Source: Eimeria praecox
Lineage: Eukaryota
Reading direction: 5' to 3'
DNA: 64,000 nucleotides
NCBI GenBank assembly: GCA_963920595.1
Contig: OY986948.1
Coordinates: forward strand, 1,116,001 to 1,180,000
Shown here piece after piece: positions 57,316 to 64,000 of this stretch; the first letter of the stretch is position 1; every line of letters begins with the position of its first letter. Under the pieces are notes generated by a model. The model was given only the letters and a program-made list of their open reading frames with translations, ran no database searches and was not told where the DNA came from. Position numbers and translations under genes: made by a program.

Positions 57316-58725
57316 CTACTGCAGTCCCCCGGCAAAAGGTGTCAGCTCGGGGACAGCAGACCAGAGAGGATCGACGACTCCAATCGCCTCTAGCATGTCT
57401 GGCGGCAGTGGTGCTCTGACTTGCAGCTTTTCTGCTGTTGTAGGATGAACGCAGCACACTTCAGCTGCATGCAGAAGCGGCCGAAGATGCTCCCTCCCTA
57501 GCGCCTTGATGGGGCCCCCATGCCCAACACACGCTCCCGATGGGGACCCAAAGGACCCCGCAAGGGGTTTCGACCTAAGGGCGACTGCGGAAGCCAGAAA
57601 CCCTGAAGTCGCGCAGGCATCTCCATATAGAGGGTCTCCAATTATGGGAGTTTTTAGCATTTGAAGGTGCAGTCGAATCTGATGTGTCCTCCCTGTTACG
57701 GGGGATGCCAGCACAACACTCCACCTCCCGTTGAATAGAAGAGGCTTGAATAATGTGACGGCCCCTCGTAACTTCCCTGAAGGGACTTGAGTAGCAGCAC
57801 CATGCACACCCCAGATTTGACGCGCACTTTGCATCTTACGCCGATCGTTGGGGGCCCTCCCTATACAGGAGGTAACCGTAATTGGGCCTTTTAGCCTTCC
57901 CTGTGTAACAGCGAAATAAATTTTCTTAACTCTCCTCTCCCTAAACTGCTGCCGCAAGGACGAGGCAGACGCTGCAGTCTTCGCTAGTAATAAGACACCA
58001 GACGTCCCCCGATCTAGTCGATGTACAACGGCATCCACTCCAGGGGTTTCTTCGCTTTCGGTGGGATCCCCCGTGCCGGACTCGAGGGGTTGTCTCCCTC
58101 CAGGAGCCTCATAAAGGCCCCTCAAGGTCTCCGGAATCGGAACAGAGTCGCTTATGGCTTTGTAGTGAGCGAGTACGCGTTCGATTACCGAGTCTGTGTT
58201 CGTAGGTGTTGGCTTCTGGGACGCTGCTGGGAACGCAGCGACCGACACACAACGCAATGTAGAATCCCATGAACTAAGCATACCACATATTCGCTACAAA
58301 TCTAGAAACATTCATGCAAATAAAGACGCTAACGCGAGTTTAAGGGAGCGAAAGGGGGGGATTTCTGTACCTGAGGTGGAGGGGGGGGGAAAGACGGGAA
58401 TTCCGGCGGGTTTGTCTAGTGCGATCACAGCGTCGTCCTCGTGAAGAAGGTTCAATCCGCCAATGCCCTTCGCACTGCTCTCTGTGTTTCCTCCTTTAGG
58501 GCAGCAGCTCATGTTGAGATCTCCAGGCCCCTGTCGGGCGTGAGGGGGTGACGCCGAAGTTGCAGAGCTTCGCAGTGTCCACGCATTGCTGAAGCGCTCC
58601 TGTACCGGAGCCCCCCCGATGGGAACTATACCTTTCGGTGGGTTTCGATGCTGCCATGCCAAGGTAATAACACTAGAGGTGAAGAGAGGGATGAATGCAA
58701 AGAGAAGACGCCGAAGAGTTTTCAT
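57316..58725 (-). CDS. RluA/RluD-family RNA pseudouridine synthase with an N-terminal signal peptide (likely apicoplast-targeted). Exons 58725-~58369 and ~58227-57316
   Basis: LLHEDDAVIALDKPAGIPV (motif I), VHRLDRGTSGVLLLAK (motif II, catalytic Asp), KKIYFAV, PVTGRTHQIRLHL...PIIGDPLYG, LLHAAE...HP...APLPPDM; N-terminus MKTLRRLLFAFIPLFTSSVITLA. Confidence 0.92.
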
Positions 58726-60199
58726 GGGTCAGTTTCATGCGCTTACGAGGGTTCAGGTACATCTCCAGGGTGCCTCAAAGCCCGCACACGCACACAACTG
58801 GATCCCCTCCATCCAAAAGCCTTTGGTAAGAATGCAGCTCATTTCACAATGAGCAGTTTACGCGGATAAACGCCGCATCTTGCGAGCAGAAGTGGATACC
58901 GCAGGGGCCGGGCGAAGACCATGAGCCCACAGTCTGCATCGGGATGAATAAAAAGGATCTAAAATTACCCAAAAAGAGCTTTTGAAGGCCAAGAGATGAG
59001 AACCATTGGGGCATCAAAGCACTGATCTGTGCATTGGCAAAACCTGCTGGGCAGAAGCCCATCCAGCGGTGGGTTCTCCCCAGTCTTTGCGGCGATTCAA
59101 TGGCCGTTACTGGTGAATATGAAATGTTTCAAAGGAGTTCTGTGGGCTATTCACTATACCACTTCAGAAAATGGCAATTGAAGGCCATCAGGCTTGCATG
59201 TGATGGCCTTGTGAACGGTTGAGTGCTGCGGAGCAGGGCTGCGAAGCAGTGCAATGTAAGCCTGTCACATATCGTTGATGGAATATTTACAAAACCATGT
59301 TAATGATGCAATTGGTGCAATAGCACTTTCATGTAGACTAACTGGCAAGAGATCCGTTCATAGCTAAACAAGTGACCTCGACTCGGCTGCGTACATAGCC
59401 ACCGAGTTCATTATTGTGGAAAGCTGAGAGGCGTGTTGCTCCTTTAGAGTTAATGCTTTTTGTGTGTAAGGATTATATAACTTAGAGAACTTATTATGAG
59501 TCTTATTCATACAGCATTGACCGTCAGCACTTGTGTGAAATTTGCTTTGGCCTGCTGCTCGTGGGGAGTTGCTCCGCCATTATGAGCATTTGCAGCAACT
59601 CCTAAATGATAATTGCCACCTCATTCTTCTTACACTCTGCCCAAGTAGTGCATCTCTTCTCTGGTTGCTCTGGAGCCCAGCGGGAGCTACAAGACGAGAT
59701 GGCCTTCCGAACAGCCAACTCGCCTGCAGTCAATTCCGCTTCACGTACTAACCTGATGCTGCCGCGCCGTCAAAACCTGAAGCTTAGGGGGCGTGTGCGT
59801 AATATGTAAGCTTCACATGAGAGAAAACAGAGTATACATGGAGCGTCACAGATACACTGCGACATTCTGACCCCTCCACACCATCAAATCCTTGCGTGCT
59901 GCCTGCACATTTCAAGAGCCACTTCCGCCTTATGTGAGACAGGCAATTGTTACCGACCCCAACTAGCCCATTTAGTTTTTATTGTCCCACCGCGTGCGAT
60001 TGAAATGTCCATGCGTTACTGCTTGTGAGAGACAACTGCCACAACGCACTCGGCGAGAATATTCTTAGAATCCATATTACTACACACCCTAGGCCACTTA
60101 CGTCTCCTCAACCCAGACGTGCGTCCAACGGAACATAGTGGATGACTACGTGACTTCAATCGTAGTTTGACGTTCGTCCTGCTGTGGGGTAAATGAGCC

Positions 60200-61800
60200 C
60201 TGCCGCAGGCTATTTGGTCCCGTGTGTTGCAGTTATGCAGCTGTCCAGCTCCTTTGTGTCAGAGGTGAGTCTAGCACGTGAGATAGGCTTGTTGCTGCTC
60301 ACGGGAGTGATGAAGATTTCTTTTCATCTGGTAACTCGTTTACGCATATTCCACTTCGTGTCCATCTCTACCTGAGCGTCTCGGAGATTGTCAGCAAGGT
60401 TACAGCTGTGCAAGCATAGCGACCCCTCAAAAGGCCAATTCTACTTGAAGAAAGGCCTCAAAGCACCGTATATTTTTGCTTGGGGAGCATTCAGGTTTGT
60501 TCTGTCGTCCACTCGGCCCTAATAGGGAGCCATCGCCGGCAAGCCCGCATATTCCCAGAGTTCATGCACTCGTTTACTCCAGCAATTCACCTCCGCTGAT
60601 GCGATGCCCGTAATTTCGCTTCGAGCTGAAGCAGGCAGTGAAGCAGCTACAGACACGTTCGTGCGTTCCCGGTGGCTTTTATAAAAGGAGCATTTGAACT
60701 TTGTTTTCTGCATTCTTTCGAAGCACTTGTAACAACTTTTCTTTTTTTGGCCCATGCAAGGCCGAGCAATTGTGTACAGCTAATTTGCCCTTCCAGAGTT
60801 CCCCTGCTGTATATCATCTCCCCTTTGGGATGGCAAAATACGTAAAAGGGTTCTGTAGTAGAGCGCTTGGGTGCCCCCGAAATTCATGACTTGCACTCTC
60901 CACAGCAGCACCTCTCCATGCATATTCGCGCTTACAGCTGGCCTCAACTTACCGTTTGGAACAGTCCTGAATTCATAAAAGCCAAAACATTGGGATATTT
61001 GTTTTCGTTGTCCATTAAAACTAACTAGCTCGTTTATCGATGTAGGCATGTTACTTGTTCACTCCACTCGGTCAGCTGATCCCCCTTCGAATAAATTGCA
61101 GACGAGCCCATCATTGAAGGTGCTGAAGATTTACTGCTGTTTTGCTGTCTTTTATGCAGCATTCTAGAGGAAAACTCTTTGCGCAAATCTTCAGAATAAC
61201 TATAAGAACCAGCAAACGCATCAGGTGAAGCATTTCAGCTCTGCATGCGTTCTGCGGAAGAGCTTCCTCTTTGCCCCGTTAACTCCTATCAATTTGTGCT
61301 CCAGGAAGATGGAGGGCATTGAATTGAGAAAACAGGACAATGGGAAATGTACTTGGTCAAACAGTGTATGCATTCACTACAAACAGCTTGAAATGTATGA
61401 ACTTTCCACCTTCTGTGGCAAGGTTTATGTTGGAAACGATGCATCCCTCCAGAAGACTGCCCCAGTGATAGAGAAAACGAATCATTATGCGTATACTGAT
61501 ATTTTTCGTCGCTTAAGCTCCGGTGACACAAAGTTATACTGCTCAGGAGCCTTCCTACATAAGCTAATGCATTTCGAGAATCCAGACAGTCAAGCCTATT
61601 TCACATTCACAGCAATTGCCAGTCCTTGGGCTAGCTATCTTCCAGAGCTAACCACAAACTGCAAAAGTGACAGGTGTTCAGCACAAATTAAACCAAACGC
61701 ATAGAATACGGTATGCATAATACACATCGTAAGCAAAACAATCATTTTGATTGCTTGAAGGAAGTATCCCCAAGCTACTCGGGTTGTAAACTTCGCCGTG
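60200..61800 (+). mobile_element. Decayed Ty3/gypsy pol relic (protease, RT, RNase H)
   Basis: In order on the + strand: IGLLLLTGVMKISF (cf. GLLDTGASRSF), GQFYL...PYIFAWG, FGMAKYVK (cf. LGxAKYFS), GLNLPFG (cf. VMPFGL), FIDVGMLLVHS (cf. YLDDILIYS), QTHQVKHF (cf. QVRQFLG), LRKQDNGKCTWS...KQL (connection), VYVGNDASLQKTAPVIEK (cf. LxTDAS..IGAVLEQ). Confidence 0.6.
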
Positions 61801-62581
61801 GCATTCTCTATATCCCGCTGTGTTCGATACAAAGGATACACACATTGAATATATGGGCTAAAGATACACACAGAAACTATCCTCAAAAGAAGGGGTTGCA
61901 CACCAATCGAGCCATGAAAATGGGCATCTGCTTAGATCCTTGGCTAGTGTTAAAGCTGAATTCCCACTCTGCTAGTTGAAGCCACTAGCTCTCGCAGAAA
62001 TGAGTTCTCCAAGCTGCCAGTCACTCCAACAATCTGTGGGGATCTCTACTCATACAGTGATTTACGCTGCCGCTATTTAACTAGTTGGCTGTGCACAAAT
62101 GCACGTATTACTGAGATCAACTCCTACGAAATACATGTGCATATTCAGAGAAACTCCTTCCCTGACTACATGCACAGTCATACTGCTTGCAGCCATCTCG
62201 TAAGCGTTCGGCGCCCCGAGCGCTCGCGCCATACAGAATGGCAATGGAATCGCACCCTCCTCCGCATGCTAATTTAAAACGACGTTCAGCAACACAGGTG
62301 GATTGTTCACAGCTTTACACATGAACAAGCAAAAGCGAGATGTCTTGTCTCAAGCTGGCTTTGCATTCGGCAAGAGCCAGCGCCAAATGGCTCATCTACC
62401 CGGGCTTATGAATCCAAGCGCTCACAGTAAACAAACCTAACAAAAGAGGTGTTCACATGGTAACACCGTTTAAAAGTGTTCTACCAGGCGACTGCAAAGT
62501 ACTGCTGAAGCAGCAGCCATCCAACGCTCCCGCCGGATAGGCCATGCTGACTTTGATCGGCAAAATTGCCGTAGTTTGGTT

Positions 62582-64000
62582 TCAAGGATGGCTGTCTTCG
62601 TCATCGTCGTCATCGTTTGCATCATCTTGATCTTCTGCAGAAATCCCCAGCTCCCGCATTAGGAGTTGTTCCACCTACGGCCACAAAAGAGTCGAAACGA
62701 ACGTCAAATGGCTTGTCGCGCGCCTTCTCCGCTCCTATGGTTTGCAAGGCTCTGCAGCTCCATAGTTAGCTTGCTTTAACCCAGTTTGCCCACTTACCGC
62801 ATCTCGCTGTTGAACAAGTACAAGCCGCTGCAGCCGTTCGCGCAGGCTGGACGCACGCAAGAAACAAAATGAGCACAAATCAATCACATGAAAGCGCAGA
62901 AACCCACCGCTTGCAAGCAGCACTCAGAAGCACCTTGGGAAGCAGATCAAATTCGCTATCGAATGGCTGTTGATCGGGAAAACGTACTGGCGATGTTTAT
63001 ATACGTGAAAGGAAAGGGCGACCGCACAGGTCAGTGGAAGAGCTAAAAAAACAAAGAGGATGAAACAAACGAGCAATGTCGCATCCGCGGAATCTGCACA
63101 AAAAAAGGATGCCGTGGAAGGAACCCACGATGAGTGGGCCGAGAAGCTGATCCTTTGATCCCTCTGCAAGCTTCATGGCTGGTATACATTTCGTAGCAGT
63201 CCATCTGTCTAGAGAAACATAGTGGGGAAGGAAATCCTGGGCAGAGTAGGAGGACAACCTCACCGATTACAAATCGCACTTCCCCCATAAACAGTCCGAA
63301 AGGCTGTTCTTCATTCGGATAAAAACAAATGTGCATGCGCGCAGTCTGGTGATGCCCAGGAACAGCATCAAACAGGGCCTCGCTGTTGTCCACTCCTTCC
63401 CTTAACGAGCTGCCGAACCTGAAAGCACATGCATACGACAAACGCATCCCGTCTACATAACCTACAGGAGTTAAAGACGCTGACTTAATGACGTGTTCAC
63501 GATTGCATACAAGGCTGTTCTTGTACGCCATCATGATCAGCGGTTTCAACTTATCGTGCAGCACTAATTCAGTCACAGAGAAATCTGCAGCTAACTGCAA
63601 CGTGCGCTGAAGAGGTTGCACAATGCGAAAGGTGTATACGTACACAAATCTCAGTGTGCCCTTTTGAGTCGCTTCATCCCATGAATACGCATCAGGTGCC
63701 ACACTTAGCAAACTGTGTTCTTCCCAGAATCCTGCGAGGGAAACAAACAAAAATCGTCAATTTCCCCCAGAGCCAGCAGGCAATTTGTCGGCAGCACAGC
63801 TATGGGCATGCAGCCTAACACTGTGTGTGGAAAAATATATACTGGCATGGGGAAAGCAATCTTCGAACCGAATAAAACGAAGAAGCAAGTCTCAAGATGA
63901 CGCACCTACGCAAGGCTGCGCAATCCCTCCTCGCGATTCCTTTATGGCCAGTCGGTTAAAGCGAGAAACATTTGCTCCTTCTGCCACCAGAAGGGAGCAT
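62582..64000 (-). CDS. 3' portion of a multi-exon hypothetical protein; 5' end lies outside the window
   Basis: Large coding-like exon at about 63732-63278 (EEHSLLSVAPDAYSWDE...EQPFGLFMGE), small AG/GT-bounded exons, and a final exon VEQLLMRELGISAEDQDDANDDDDEDSHP* with stop at 62584-62582. Confidence 0.65.

Overview
Intron-rich eukaryotic genomic DNA, almost certainly from a coccidian apicomplexan of the Eimeria type. Evidence: dense CAG/CTG tracts, interstitial TTTAGGG heptamer arrays, TGCATGCA octamers, and alternation of repeat-rich (about 1-12 kb and 48-57 kb) and repeat-poor (about 13-48 kb) segments. Spliced genes reconstructed by hand: 3' part of a MYST histone acetyltransferase (+); a Pro/Gln-rich GYF-domain protein (+); a DNAJC9-like J protein (-); VPS4 (+); diphthine-ammonia ligase DPH6 with a RidA-like tail (+); a very large uncharacterised multi-exon gene with a signal peptide (-, about 23.3-38.0 kb); organellar ribosomal protein bL33 with a C-terminal extension (-); GWT1/PIG-W (-); a low-complexity coiled-coil protein (+); a signal-peptide-bearing RluA-family pseudouridine synthase (-); and the 3' end of a hypothetical gene (-). 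Two apparently empty intergenic regions (about 38.5-43.2 kb and 60.2-61.8 kb) contain heavily decayed Ty3/gypsy (chromovirus-like) gag-pol relics. The best candidate for new biology is the giant putatively secreted protein. All calls come from reading the sequence by eye; no database search was run.
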